DNA of 64,000 bases from Lama glama (Eukaryota). The stretch spans positions 93,312,001 through 93,376,000 of the forward strand of contig CM052816.1 in assembly GCA_028534125.1 (NCBI GenBank). Reading direction: 5' to 3'. How positions within the stretch are numbered: the first letter of the stretch is position 1; every line of letters begins with the position of its first letter. A model generated the notes under the pieces. That model was not told where the DNA came from. It ran no database searches and saw only the letters and a program-made list of their open reading frames with translations. This document shows positions 1 to 13,769 of the stretch, piece by piece. The position numbers and the translations under genes are program-made.

Positions 1-2902
1 TGATGTTCTCACTGCCCAGAATTGTGGTTGTGTTGATGTCTTAGAGCTGTGAGAGGCTTCCCTGCAGATTATCAACCTCCCATGTCTACCAAGAACTCAT
101 TTCTTAAAATGTCAACCTTATTTTGGCCTCTGTATCTAAAATACCTTGAATATTTCTTCATCTCTATAGAGCCTATGCTGGCAAATTTTGTGCCAGTTAT
201 GGGGCATCCTTGTGGTCCTGTCAGTGGCAGCAGTGTTTGTAGGATCAGTACGGTCCTGTAGAAAATCCCCAGGCCTGGGTTTGAATCCTGGTTTCAGTCT
301 TTTCCCCATGCCATAGAAGGCTCACTGTGACTATGAAGTGAGGGATCAAGATAGATATAAAACTCCAAAGAAAATTTCTGGCTGTAGAGAAAACAATTTT
401 AAAGAAATATATAGGAATCAGTTTTACAAATCACCAAACTCATCACCTGTAAGAAGGACAGAAATGTTCAGAAAAGGGAGAGAGATTTGAGAGAAAGATG
501 GCTTTTGAAAGAGTTCTTGGAATTTTGTGAGTCTAATTCCCCTTCCACAAGATGCTAATGAGATCATCTGGGGCTTTAACAAGACCATTTGAATAGCATG
601 AAGTATGGGCACAGTGGCCTCAGATGATCTCTCGCTTGTCAAATCTCTTGCCCCAGAGAGTATGGCTGGTAGAGTGTTCTGAGGGCTGCACTGAAGGAAC
701 AGGGGCTGCCTTGGGTCCTGCATGGGTGGGTCTTTCCTGCGGACCTAGAGTCATGCTTTCCCTGAGAGGACCTCCTTGAAGGGTGGTGGGACTCCAGGGG
801 AAAGAGCATTTCTGTGGAGTGAGCCAGGAAGGAGAAATTCTCCTCTGGCAGGGTCTCGGAAACTGTCGCCTTCTCTTCCACTGGCCAAGGGATGACAGCA
901 AGCAGTGAGAGTAAACAGGTGATACAATAGCAGACCTTCAACAAAAGCCGTGATTAGACGCCAAATATTTGTCCCCACCTTTCTCCCAACCTTCTCGCAT
1001 GGTTCAGAACCACAGGGACTCAAATAAAACTGTTCATTTGAAGCATAGGTCCTGTTGTTTTCTTACCACTTGTTGACTAATGTGCTCTTTCTGTGAGAAA
1101 GGGGTATATACGCAGCTCTCTTTTGAGATTGCACCTGTGTTGGGTGCAGAAATCTGAGCAGTCCCCACAGTAGGATTTTCAAGGGTTACAGAACTGTTGT
1201 CCATTTTACTGGGTAAAGGAGACCTCTGAGCCCTCAGTGGTTATGGATGGGGATTCAGCACGAGATGATTTAGGGAATACAGCTGATACTTCTGCTCCTG
1301 TCACGCGGTGCTAGGCAGAGTCCTGTCACCTTGGGTCAAAATAAAAATGACACACAGCCCCATCTGTATCAGAATCTGGAATAACAGGCAAATGAAAAGA
1401 AAAGCCACCAATCAACTTGACTCCCCCGTGTCTACAGGGCTTCAATTTGGACTTTTAGTACCTCAGTCTTACGTATAAAGAGACAACTTGGGCCACCATA
1501 CAAGTGAGGAAATATTGCAACATTTCTAGTGGCAGAACAGCCCCTGCTTTAGGTCTCAGCAGGGGCCAATTTCTGTAGCGCAAATGCTCAGGAACTCGGG
1601 CAGAGAAGTCAAGTCTGCATATGTCATCTCTTTTCAGATGTTTTTGTCTAATCCTGAAAACTTACTTTCACCAGAAATTAGGCAGGATTGTTGAAAAGCC
1701 CACATAGGATGATAAACAACATAGCAGATTTATCCATCATTCTTTTTCTTTATAAATTATTTATTATTTGATTTTTTAATTAAAAAGTCTGTTGCTGTAG
1801 TATGAGTGTAAAGATTCATTGGTCAAGCAGGACTAGAAGACATTTAATGATGAACAGCTATCCCTTGCCCTACTCTTTCTGACCCCTGAGTTCCCCTCCA
1901 AAGAGCAAATCATTTCTAAACAAATCCTGCTTTATTCCCCCAATGTTTATTCCTGTGTTCCTAAAGAAAATGTGTATGCCTGCTGTCCCCCTGTTTATCC
2001 ATTTTCAACGTTATCTATTGCCTTCGCATAAGAGAAGGTAAACATTTTGGAGGTGCACATTTTTGAGACTTTTCAGTGGACAGTCTTCAGCTGGCTGCCG
2101 TCTTTGGGAGACAAATGGGAAAATGGCTCAGAGATCTTTCTTTTCACTACTCCCTTAACTTGTGCTTCTGTTTTCAGTAAGTTTCTTCAGCTGTTTTCTC
2201 CCAGTCTGAAGCCCTTTCTAGTGCAGAATCTCCACAGAACAACTTTCCATCTCCTGTTAGGTGGAAGGACGCTAGTAATCACGAGAGGATGTGCTGGGGG
2301 GAGAGCAGAATGTGAGTTCTCCTCGCATAGACATTTCACTAATTCACGTGCTTTGAGTCTCTTGTTCTACCCCCACCCTCCATGGTAGCTGACACCTCTA
2401 ATGCCTGAGACTGTCCTGGGTTCTTAGGCTCAAACTGACTTTCCTGTCATCCACCCTCTTCTCCTCTTCCTCCTCTGCAGTCTCTTAGAATTCAGCTTTC
2501 ACAAATCTGCCAGACCTAGTGTCATTTTTGTCTGAAAATGTGTTGATCTCTTTCTGCCTTTCTCCCTTTAATTTCTATGTATCTGTGTAGGGTTTAAACC
2601 TTCTTTTTGTAGTTATTCTTTCTAATTTTAGGGGCTTGGGAAAGAATTGATAAAAATCATTTTTAATTGCCCAAGTTTTGCTTCCTTCTTATCTAAAGAG
2701 TTCTTTTTTCATGGAGTCATGCCGGCCTGAGGTTCAGTCCTGCTCGGTAACTTACTATCTATTTTATCACTTAATATTTCCATTTTTAATATAGATGCAA
2801 TATTGGCAGCTTCATTGGATTTGTGGAAGTTCTCCACTATTTGTTCCTACCCAGGAGTCACCTTTACCACCAGGTGAAGCCCGGTGGCTACAGCACCACC
2901 CC

Positions 2903-3480
2903 ATGCATTCGGCAGATGTCCTTTAACCTGATTCAGGCACTATCCTTCCACTGGGGCTCTAGCGGTGAACAAAACAAAGTCTGTCCCTTGTAGCACTTAC
3001 ATTCTAGGGAGGGAGGAAGATGAGCACACACGCAGGAAAACTTACAGAACGTCAGATGGTAGCAAGTGCTGTGGACAAAAGCAAGTTAAGGTCAGTGCTG
3101 AGGTGTGTGTAGGAGGAAGCTGCTATTTTGTAAAGGATGCGCAGCGAGGACTCCACTGAGAAGGCGACGAGGTGGAAACTTGGACTAAAGGGGTAGGAAA
3201 CAAGCAGACTATGCAGACCTCTGGGAGAAGAACCTCCCAAGCAGAGAGAACAGGTCATACAGAACCCAAGGCGGGAGCATGACGATCAAATTTAAGGAGC
3301 AGCAACAGTGCTTTGTGGTTCAACCAGCTCCCTGGTTGAAGGAGATGAGTTCACACCTTGCAGGACCTTAGATGTCTTTGATAAGACTTTCGTTTTCTCC
3401 TGAGCAGACCTGTAAGCTATTGTGGGCTTTGTGCAGAGAAGTATCGTAATCCCTTATGATTAGAAGGACCCACTTTCGCT
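2903..3480 (-). mobile_element. LINE-2 3' region
   Basis: gcggtgaacaaaacaaagtctgtccctt..gcacttacattctaggg. Confidence 0.8.
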
Positions 3481-4734
3481 ATAAGGTTTTACCTCTGTTT
3501 ATGGTGGCATAATGCTGGCAGCATCTTATCTATTGGGTATCAAGATACTCATGTCTGCATTAGCTGTGCTTCAATTTTCCAAGTCCAGTCTGTACATCCT
3601 GTTGATTTTTGCAGCTTCTGCCAGGACCAGCGGCTAGTTCTTCTCCATGCCCCAAACTTCCGACCAACATCCTTAATAAATCTCACTCAATAATCTGTTT
3701 CAACTCATCTTTGTTTGCCTAAACTTACAGCTCATTATTTGCTTGAGGTTAATAAGACTTTCCAGTCTCTTTCTTCTCCTGTCTCTTGTTTGTTGTAAAG
3801 TTTCTGCCCACAGATTCTCAAACTTAATGAAACCTATGATTTGATTGTGTTATGTCTGGCAAGTCACATTAAACAAATTGATAAAATGAGGTTGTGTGTT
3901 GGAATGGAACTGAGCAGTCTCAGTTCAAGCAGTCTCTCAAAACAATATGCTGAAATTGTTCTACAAAGACCATATGGACCCTTGGATACGCTGCTTGGCT
4001 ATTTACCACAGAAAAGCAGGTGTGTTTGGTGAGATGCTGTCTATGCAGTCTCATGTTACACATGGTTAATCTTTTCAGTGTTAAAATCCGTATGGGCCAT
4101 CAGGCATTTCCGCCAGCCAAGGCTGTTATGCACAGAGGAGCAACAGAGAAGGCTAGAATAGCAGAGGTAATCTGAGAATTTCCCTTTGGGGAGGCAATGC
4201 TTCATATAGGCACCATTCGTGGGAGAGGGCTCTTGGTTACAGTTTGTAAACTGCTCCACTTCCTTAGGTTCTTTACTGGTCATTCCTTTACTCTTAGTTT
4301 AATATTATGATTAATAATGTCATTTAATTAGCTTCAAGTTTTTTCTTTTTCTTTTCTTTTCTTTTTTTTCTGAAGTCAGTGCTCCTGGTGGAGGAATCTG
4401 GGGTCAGCCACGATAGATATTTCAGGATACAGGCAAGCAGTTATTTTTTCCCTAGTCTTAATCATAACCACAAAGCCCTTGAAAAATACTCCTATACTGC
4501 ACCCATAGGGTAATAATTTGGGGCTTAGGTAGTCACTGGGATCCACACTTTGGACCTATGTATCAGGGCCTCCTTTATGACTGTATTAACTGCTGGACAC
4601 AAAATGCTGAACAGGACACGGTCCTTATTCTCAGAAAGCTTACACTGTGGATACAGGGACAGTGCAGCAAACAGGTGGAAGAGACGCTGAGCTCTTTCTC
4701 AGAGACGTCTGTCCTCTCCCACAGTGTAGAGCTG

Positions 4735-5120
4735 CTGTGGGGATGCGGGTTCTTGGTTTGAGGCTACGTTGCCCAGTCCTCCTTGCATATAGTCAAGACC
4801 ACCTGGCTTGTTCTCATCAATGGAATGGGATTGGATGGGATGTATGTTGCTTCCTGGCCAATGTAGTTAAGAAGCAGTTGTGCTTTCTTTAGTCTCTTTC
4901 CTCCCCATATTCTGTCTGCTTAATGGTTCTAGAGTAACTTTGGAAGCTACATATTAACAACGACAGAGTCTTTATTCATCTGAATCCTATTGGACTATTT
5001 GTAGCAGAGATCTCCCACCTCCCACCTAACAGGACACCAACACTGATTGTTACTGTTATTGTAGTAAGCATGACATTTTAATTTTTCTTCTAGTAGCATG
5101 TGGAATTACTATAAATAATT
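4735..5120 (+). mobile_element. MLT1J/K-like MaLR LTR
   Basis: ttgcccagtcctccttgca...gttctcatcaatggaatg...gttaagaagcagttgtgc. Confidence 0.65.
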
Positions 5121-5527
5121 CCATTGGCTATTTTGGGAACACATAGTAACAGACCCACGTTTGGAAGATGAAGAAAGACTTCTAAGTCGTGATTGTGTTG
5201 AGTGGTGTTGAGTCAACCGTCTGACTTGAGGGTCTGGCACTCAAGCATTTGCTCTGGGACAGAGGTGTAGGCTTGGGTTTTGAGGACTTTCAGCTTCTTG
5301 ATTCCTGAGAGTAGAGTGATGTCTTTGGCAGTACGCACATCATTTCCTTTGGTAGATATTTTGTCCCTAAGTTGTGATCCTTGGAATTTTGGTCACTTGG
5401 CAGTTTTTGACCAAGTACAGTTCAAATTCTTTTAGGTGAAACATCAGATGTAATAAATTGTAGTCAATGTTCATTGTAATGAAAGTTTTAAGCTCATGTA
5501 TCTGACAGAATTTTTATGGGTTTTAAA

Positions 5528-6380
5528 CACCATCCATATGCTGATGACTCATACATTTATATCTCTAGTCCTGACCTCTCCATTGAATTCAGACTCCTCT
5601 ATCTAACTGCCTGACTCTTTAGCATTTCCATTTGAATGCCTAATAAAGCATCTTGAATGTGCCATGGCCAAACAGAAATTTTAGATTTTGCGACTCTCCA
5701 AAATCTTTGCCATCTCAGAAAATCACAAGAACATCTATCCAGTTGCTCAATCACAAAGCTTATGGGTCATTCTTTAGGCCTCTCCTTATTTATCCTTCCA
5801 TTTAATCTCTCAGCAAGAACTCTAAGCTCTGTTTTCAAAATGAGTCCCTCCTCTGTCCGCTACTTTCCTCTCCACTGGTATCACTGGTCCAGGCTACAGT
5901 TGTCATTTGCCTGGACTGTTGCTGTCACCTGCCAATGTTCTCCTGCATCCTTTGCTGCTCTCCTACCCTTCATTGTCAGCAGCATAGCCTTTACATCTTA
6001 AGTCAGATCACTTCACTTTCCCTTTGAACGCCATGCTGGTCTACAAGGCCTCACGCTTTTGGGTTCCATTATTTGCTCACTGTGACCCAGTTACACTGGC
6101 TGCTCTGCGTCTCAGCACCTCGAACTCTTCACCACTGTGGGCATTGCACTTCGCTCTGCCTGGAGTGCTTCATCTCCAAATGTTTTTACCCCCAATTTTT
6201 TACTCTGTTGTTCAGATCTCAGCTCAAAAGTCACCTCTGCTTCACTGGCAACACCTTCCTTACCTCACGCAGAGGAGCACTCCCTCCCTGGACACACTCT
6301 GTGACCTGATGCTCTACAGCATGCATCTCTATTTGAATGATCTCACTCGTTGAGCTCCTTACTTGTGCTTGATCTGTCTA
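5528..6380 (+). mobile_element. LINE-2 fragment
   Basis: atatgctgatgactc..atttatatctctagtcctgacctctcc..gaattcagactc..atctaactgcct. Confidence 0.85.
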
Positions 6381-6626
6381 ACTGGGGTTTCTCAGTCTTG
6401 GCACTATTAACACTGTGGCACAGATGACTCTTTGCTGGGGGTGGGGGAGGGGACAGTTTTGTGCGTGATAAGATGTTTAGCAGCATCCCTGGCCTTTACC
6501 CCACTGGATGTCATTAACAACCCTCCCACTTCCCACTCCAGTTACGACAACCAAAACTGAGGCCTCCAATCATTGCCAGACGTCCCCTGGGAAAACTCCA
6601 CGCTCCCCTTCTGTTGAGAGCCACTT
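6381..6626 (+). mobile_element. MER20 (hAT-Charlie MITE)
   Basis: tttctcagtcttggcactattaac...gatgtttagcagcatccctggcctttacccc...gacaaccaaaa...gttgagagccact. Confidence 0.88.
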
Positions 6627-6644
6627 GTCTAACCCATGGCAAAA

Positions 6645-7781
6645 TCAGCTTCACGGTAAAGCTGCTCTTTCCCAAGGTCCTCAGAGGGGTCCTACTGTGT
6701 GTCCATTGCAATTTGTGAAATTTCCAAAACTAATGTACTTTAACCATAATTGGTTAAGACCACAGGCTCTTTTCCCTACAAATCTTCCTTCATGTCCCCA
6801 CTTGGTGAGTTGTGCTGCAGTACAGGCATGTTTGGGACTTAGGTAAACAGGCTTAGTTGAGCTTAGAGGGCTGTGTGAATGTGGTTTGCAGCCACTTCCT
6901 TGAAGAGTGAAGTTATTTCTAGTTGTCCTGGTAATGGAAAGGCTCTTTACAGGAGTGCTTCCCCAGCCCTTGTTCTGGTTCACATGGCACAGGCACGTGA
7001 AGGCCAGAAGTCACGTCCCAATATGAACATGAAGTGCGGCACCTAATGTGTGGATTGAAATGTGTGAAGAGAGAGGTTTGTGGAAAACTCTTAACTGTTA
7101 AAAAAATTGACAACTGGAGGTTTGCTTCTTATCAAATTTCAAAATGAGTATGAACTCCTGTCAGGAACATGGCCAGTGCTGTGCAATGTATTTTCTTCTT
7201 CTTTTTGATGGAAATCACACAATGTAGAAAATTTCAGAATTTTGCTATTCAGAGAGCGCACGTCTGTAGATGAATTATCTCTAGCAGCTCATATATAAAA
7301 GAAATTCAATAAAGACTTTCCCAAATTGACAAAAATGCTAAAAATGTCACTCTCAGTAACAAGTTTTGAAGCTGAAATAAACCTAGGTTAAAAAATCAAT
7401 GGCAAAAACAAATTGTATCAGCCACACTTGAGGAAAGACTAGATTACCTTTCTATTCTGTTTAAAGAAAAAGATATTTAAAGATCTTCATATGAGAAGTG
7501 ATCGAAGAGTATACAGTCAAAATGTAGGGGAAAATACTGTGGGTATGTATTAATCAGGTAAGTAATTCAAATGTTACATTATTTTTCAAAGCCATTAAGT
7601 ATTTTTTAATATTTGTGTTATTCTCTAGGCTTTAAAAGTTATTTACTGTAAAATTTTTTGTTCTAAATTAATATTCACTTTTGTACCTAATTTTATATTA
7701 ATAATTTTTGATATTCTTATATTAAAGAGTTTCCCCCCAAAATTGCACATACTAGAGGCCCACACAACCTGGACCCCTTCA
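6645..7781 (+). mobile_element. Zaphod/MER115-like hAT-Tip100 DNA transposon remnant
   Basis: hAT dimerisation-domain remnants DFPKLTKMLK..SVTSFEAEIN and LEERLDYLSIL (7314-7477). Terminus ccccccaaaattgcacatactagaggcccacacaacctggacccc resembles the Zaphod end. Confidence 0.75.
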
Positions 7782-7987
7782 GAAAGCAGGTGATTTGGGA
7801 GTAGGGGCTTTGCCTTATTCACTAATGTCTTCCTGGTGCTTGGGTGGACACATTGTTCACAGCACACTCTCAAAACACAAGTACGTGACCTCTGTTAGGC
7901 AATTTTTGCAGGCAGCATTGAGTGTCTCCCAGAAACCTGGGAGCTTCTTGGTGGGCATGCATGCTAGATTGCCCACACCTCAATAAG

Positions 7988-8592
7988 TGATCAATAAAAG
8001 GACTAGAAATGAGTTTTATTTGAGCCACACCAAGGACTATAGCCTGGGGGACACAGATTCAAGAAGCACTTGCATTGTGCTCTGCCAGAGTACAAAATGG
8101 GAGAGATTTATATAGGCAAAACTCACAAAGTCACATAAGTTGTTTGCAAGGATTAGGACTGGAGCTAACAAGAAGTAAGGGTGCTAATTAAGTAAGGATA
8201 GTTTGGGGTCCAAAATGGGTGTATAACTATAAGGGGAGACCTTGAGTCCATAAGGTTGTGGCTGGTAGCTACTGGCAGGCATTGTTTTGAAAATGGCTGA
8301 TGGTGCCCTTAAGTCTGATACAGTTCAGAAAATTCAGGTTCTCAGTGATACAGGAAAATTGCCTGGAACCATATCCACAATGGCCATGCAGCTCCATTCT
8401 GAATGCCTGAGCCACAGTTACTCCATTTTGATTTTTAAATGAATTATTTTCTTTAATGGTTAAAGCAGATGTATAATGCATGCTTGACAGGCCATGAGAC
8501 AGGATGTTCTAGCCCGCGTAAAGCTCAAGTCAAATCATGTAAAAGCCAGAATGACTTCTCCATACCTCAATATGTGAAAACTTTTTTCATCA
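7988..8592 (-). mobile_element. Solo ERV LTR (ERV1-like)
   Basis: TG...CA bounded, about 600 bp. Minus strand has caaaatggagt, a TATA-like motif (about 8107) and AATAAA (about 8014-8020) in LTR order. Confidence 0.7.
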
Positions 8593-8769
8593 TTCAGAAG
8601 GAAATACTGGGAACCCCAATTCTGCATTTGTCCTTCTCCTTTTTCTTTTCTTCATTTTTCTTGCCCCAATATGTAGCCTTTCAAAATATAAGATTTCCTC
8701 ATTTATATTTTTGTGAGTTGGTCTACTATCTGATCATATTCAATTGAAATCCCCCCCCCAAATTTTTGC

Positions 8770-8942
8770 TTAAGTTATATGCAGTTCCTCAAAGCCTTGG
8801 TTTCCCGACTGGTAAAGTATGGACTTAAAAGTAGTTACTGTTTGGGATTTTTGAGGAGATTAAATGGGATAAAGTATGAAAAGCCCACAGCACACTGGCT
8901 GGTATACAGTAAGAGATAATAAAATCTTAAGTTATTATTATT
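8770..8942 (+). mobile_element. MIR SINE
   Basis: gccttggtttcc..ctggtaaa...gaggagattaaatgggataa...agcacactggctggtatacagtaag. Confidence 0.8.
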
Positions 8943-9909
8943 CCGATCTTATTCACAGAGCATTTGTCCTCATAAAGTCATAGGTATTGGTAATATTGGT
9001 GCAAAGCATGTTTTTATATTTCCACATGTTCATCAAAGGCTTAACATAAAGTTAATTATAGGTGGTAAGGGATTCATGTTTAAGTTCCATAGACACTGAA
9101 GAATATAATCACATGCTTCCATTTAAGGTCTCCAAGCTAGAGCCTCTCGGCATTATGAATCTTCAGAGGCAGGCATTCTGACAGGTGACTCATTAATATC
9201 TTCAAAAGCAATGCTCAAAACTCTGAAGTAGCTAGAATTTCATGGTATATATTAAAATGAATTGTAGTGCTTGAAAATAGATTTAACATATTACCCAGCT
9301 TTCTTTTTACTTGGACCCCTTTTTTTGTCAGGGTATATTAAATTGGGCAACAACAGACAAGAAGACAATGAAATTCTCTCAAAAACAATTACTTATTGAG
9401 TCCAAAACCACAGGGAAAAATCCACCTCAAATTCCTACAACAAAGGATGACAGAACCTGAAATAGGATAGAAATACTAAAATCAAACTCTGGGGTTCCCT
9501 GGTATTAAAAACAAACTCTCTCCCAATTTCCTTTTAGGTCAAAATAGTTGAGAATTGACCTTTAAAATTACAGTATACAATTTACATTAGATCAACACTG
9601 CCATGAAGACAAAGTAATGAAAGCACATTGATTTGTTAGAAATTAAGAAGCTAAAGCTTTGATGTTGCAGCTTTGATTTTTTTTTCCAGCAAGATACTGA
9701 ACATCAAACAATGTACCAGTCCAGAATGCCAAGTTTATACCTTTTTTTCTTGGTGGAAATTTGAGTCTTCTGACTCTAACATGGAAAGATTATGTGGCAG
9801 AAAGTTAGCCTTTCTGAATTTTGCTCTCGAGGAAGTTAGATAGAATTTATTCTTTTATTGCTGCTGACGCTCTGAAGCAAAGCAGTATCTTGCAATTTAA
9901 TATGAAATT

Positions 9910-10320
9910 CATTAATTAACTCCATAAATGTTTGTTGTTCACAAAGCTAATGCCCGACTGGTGATAAGTGGTAGGGATTCAACTTTATCAACCAAAAAAC
10001 TCTTCAAGGCACTTAGTCTAGAAGAGGCTGGCGTTTATGAGCAGGTCCTTACGGTGCTGGAAGTCGGAGTAACAGTGCCACTGGGTATAAATGATGGAGT
10101 GGTTAGGAAAGGATTGAAAGAGAGATGCTTAAGGAGAGGCTGGACGGAGGATCTGGTGTTTTTCAGGTGCATGGGGATGAGACGGAGAAAGGAAGGGGCT
10201 TGGTGAAGCAGGAGTTATCCATCCTGGTTCCATAAACAGCGAGGAGACACTGAAAGGTTTTTAATCACCAGAGACACGTAATGATATTTGTAACGAAGAT
10301 GTTGTGGCTGTGAGGTGAAA
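9910..10320 (-). mobile_element. LINE-2 3' fragment
   Basis: Degenerate antisense L2 3' end (aaatgtttgtt...cttagtctagaagag). Confidence 0.5.
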
Positions 10321-11032
10321 GCAAGAAAGTTCAGTAAACACAAGCCAAGTTAGAGTGTCTCAGCTCCAACTATCTCATGGAATCAGTACTTGCACAAGTG
10401 TTCACCATCTGAAAACACGAACATACTAACCAGGGATGAAAAATAAACCTCTATTAATTAGAACTGAGTAATTATTTGCTTTTCAAAGATATCATCCCCT
10501 TGATTTATTTAATTCAGGAATTATTTTCCAGTAGCTAAAAGAGAATTTGATTACTTCCCTCACATTAAAAAAACACATTTCTCTTTTTACCTCTCTCTAG
10601 CTCTCTTTTCCTTATAATTGGATACATCTAGGTTAATAAACTTTAGGCAAGGATTTTGGAAAGAGCTTTGAGGGAAAGATCTAGAAAAGGTTCTATGGGG
10701 TGACCACTTTTAATTATTTACTGTTCTAGAGTTATTCTACAGTAATTCTATTTTAAAGAAAACACCCTTCAGGGTAATCATTTATTGCTTCCTCACGAAG
10801 CAATTCCCCTACTCAGACTCTCAAGGGGGTGTTCCCAAGTCAGAGACACCGTCCTCTTGTCGTAAAGTGCACTTTCCTCAGGCTTTACTCAAGTTTTCCA
10901 TTTCTCTTATCTCGACCTCACTGATGTAATCTTCATAAGGCAAAGACAAGAGACAGGGAAGTTGAAAGCCACCAGGAGTGTTATCATCCATCTGTATCAT
11001 GGTCTGTCCTCCAGCTGGCCCATTTCTCTCAG

Positions 11033-11035
<3 letters not shown>

Positions 11036-11080
<45 letters not shown>
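11036..11080. repeat. (AG)n microsatellite, about 22 units
   Basis: Pure AG run seen directly. Confidence 0.98.
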
Positions 11081-11086
<6 letters not shown>

Positions 11087-11644
11087 AAGCAACCGAGGCG
11101 TATAGGAAGTACAGATTTGAATGACAAGAGAAACAAATCTACTCTGTGCACAGCAACTACACTCCTAGAGGGGCCAACCCATCAAAAAGGAGTTTGTTAG
11201 GGAGGTGAAAGTCCCTAGGCAATTCCTCCGGGAGATGAAACTAGGAGTCTGGGAGGAAGGCCTTGGAATGCAACAGAAGCCGAAAGTACCGGGAGTGGAA
11301 CTGAATCGGCAAAGACATTCACTCACGTGGTGCAGATTGGGGCTCACTGCCTGCCGCTCCTGGCAGTGTTCGCAAAGCCTGTCACCCTCCCTGGCTCCGG
11401 ACATTTTCAGCCTGTCATGTCATTTTGTGCAACGTGGCTCTTCTTCGGGAGCTCCGTGTGCTGTCCTCAGGAGAGGGAAGCAGGCAGAACTCACTGCTCT
11501 GTTTCTCTTCCATTTTCCAGGTTCACTCTCTCAGCACCTTGTTATCATTCTCTGGCTAAAGGCCTCTTGACAGCTCTTTAGCTAGTCATGTCCTCCTTGC
11601 CATGGGCACACCTCTCTGTTCGCCTTCCTTCAAATTTACTCCTG

Positions 11645-12103
11645 TGTCTCAAGTCAGGTTTCCTGGAAGCAGAGCCCAGGATTCGGATGCGTGTGGTGTA
11701 TTGAGGGAGGGCTCTCGGGAGAAGGAGATTGAGGAAGCAGCTTAGGGAAGGAAAAATGCTGATGGATGAGGTCTTGGCTTGAATGCTGTGGAGCATGACC
11801 TGCACCATAGGGTCCCTTCACCTTGTGGTATGGGAGCTGCTGTTTGTACCATTATCAGTCAGTGATTGGCTATGGGCTGCCCCAGGTTGGGGGTGAAGGT
11901 TGCCTAACTTCCCAGGCAAGGCTGCTGCCACTAGAGTGAGGATAACCATCTGTGCAAGGTACAGCTGGGAACTACTAGCAGCCAACACTCACAGCAGCTG
12001 GAGGCTAGGTTAATCTGAAGGATAGCTTAACCTGGACGACAGGTTCACCTGGGTGCACTGTCCACAAAGGGGTCAAGGCAGGGCACCAGCTGTGTCAACC
12101 ACA
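11645..12103 (-). mobile_element. LTR16-like ERVL LTR
   Basis: tgtctcaagtcaggtttcctggaagcagagccc...cagccaacactcacagcagctgg...accaca. Confidence 0.7.
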
Positions 12104-13769
12104 TGTGTTTTCTTTGCTTTTAGGTCACAGTTTTATACTAATCTTCATGCGAGGATAAGTGTCTACCCTATTTCCTCTCCCAGGAGTGTTTGCACTGTGT
12201 CTAGACTGGAGGAAGGATCGTGACAGTGGAGCCACAGGCATTGTGCATGACTGCTGTGGAGAATGCTTTCAGGCAGTGGTTGGGACTATCCTGGCATCTC
12301 TTCATTTGTCGTATTCACATAGCATAACTGAGATCTCGACAGCAAGTCTGGTGGCTTTGTCAGCTACAAGTATTTCCTGATGAATATCAGGGTTGCATGA
12401 TTTGATTTGTGCTTTGTAACCAACCCTTCAGCATACACATGTCCATTCCAGAGACTCAGCCCTAGAAAGCTGAGTTACACCACACATGGGTCCCCTGCAG
12501 CTAGACACTGTGATCCTATAGTAGAGATGGATGCTAGGTTCACGCAAGTCCTCCCACATTTCCTGGAAGTGCCAATGTGATTTTATATTTCCATCACTGG
12601 AGCAAACACTACTGAAGTGCCAGATCTTAGTGAAGTCTTACACTGTTTCTGTTAAGTTCAAAAGTGTTGATATGATGTAAATTGATACATGATCAAGATC
12701 TGGTCATTTTTGTTAATGATGCTGTAAAACAATTCTGACACTGCTAAGTAGCACAAAAAGGGAGCGTTGATAACCTGTGAAATAAATGTCATAGGAATGA
12801 GCGATTCATTTGTCTAGACATGATGCCTCAAGTTGCACATCTATTATTTGTTATGTTTTTGGAACATTTGCAAGTTCTCTTTAAATTCTTAACAGATTAC
12901 ACTGTATGATGTAATTCCTATGTATTATGTCTCCATGGAGAGACACTAATAGAAGTCTTAGAATACTGATGTTACCTTTCCCAAATATACACAAGGATTC
13001 CCTATCATTTGGGTTGAGTTGGTTGGCCTGGGCTTGTTTACGAAGATAAAAGGGAAACATTTTAATTACATATTTGGAAAATACATCGTAGCTTCATATT
13101 ATCACCAGAACAATTACTTGTCCCCACTGTGCTTTATGAAATCAAATTAGTGGGAAGGAAATAGGCCTCTTATATTAAAGTCTATTTCAAACTCACTGCT
13201 GAAGGCAACTACTACAGATGATACACAGAAGGGGAGTGGTATTAACAATGTTCAGCAAACTTAGGATCAGGTCAAATGTGTCAGGAAGCAATTCATAGAA
13301 TTCTCCTTTCTTCAGGCAACTGAATATGGGTCAAGAAGAAAGTTCAGTCCTTTTGAAATTCTAATCTCATTTCTTTACTTCAACCTTTGGAAGCTGAGTG
13401 TTTACTTGCAGAGTTTTCTTCTTAAACAACATAAATGGACTAGATATTGACGAAGTATTTTAGGAAAACTTAGAAAATAAGAGTTATTTCTCCTTTTTGG
13501 TCATCTCAAAAACTGTAAACGAAGTGTGTGCTTGCTTGTTAAAAATAATTCAAGGAAAACAGAGCTAATGTGGTAGAAAGTGGAAGTTCCCCCTCCATTC
13601 CCTAACTACCTTTCCATTTACCAGGAAAATCACTGATAGCAGCTCAGTGTACATTCTTCTAGATATAGAATATATCATGTTCTATATATTATATTATGCA
13701 GAGTGTATAATGTATGCCACATACTGCCTGTTATGGTGTAGAGTTGTTTCATGATGGCCTCAGCCTATT

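Noticed and set aside
639..944. ORF with a signal-peptide-like N-terminus (LKVCYCITCLLSLLAVIPWP), considered as a peptide-hormone precursor
   Set aside because: TTG start with an in-frame stop just upstream, no ATG, and no convincing match to the CRH or calcitonin families.
11588..11608. gcccatggcaa(g/a)gagga shared with about 51827-51843 (both encode AHGKED)
   Set aside because: Only about 17 bp with no flanking similarity; compatible with chance.
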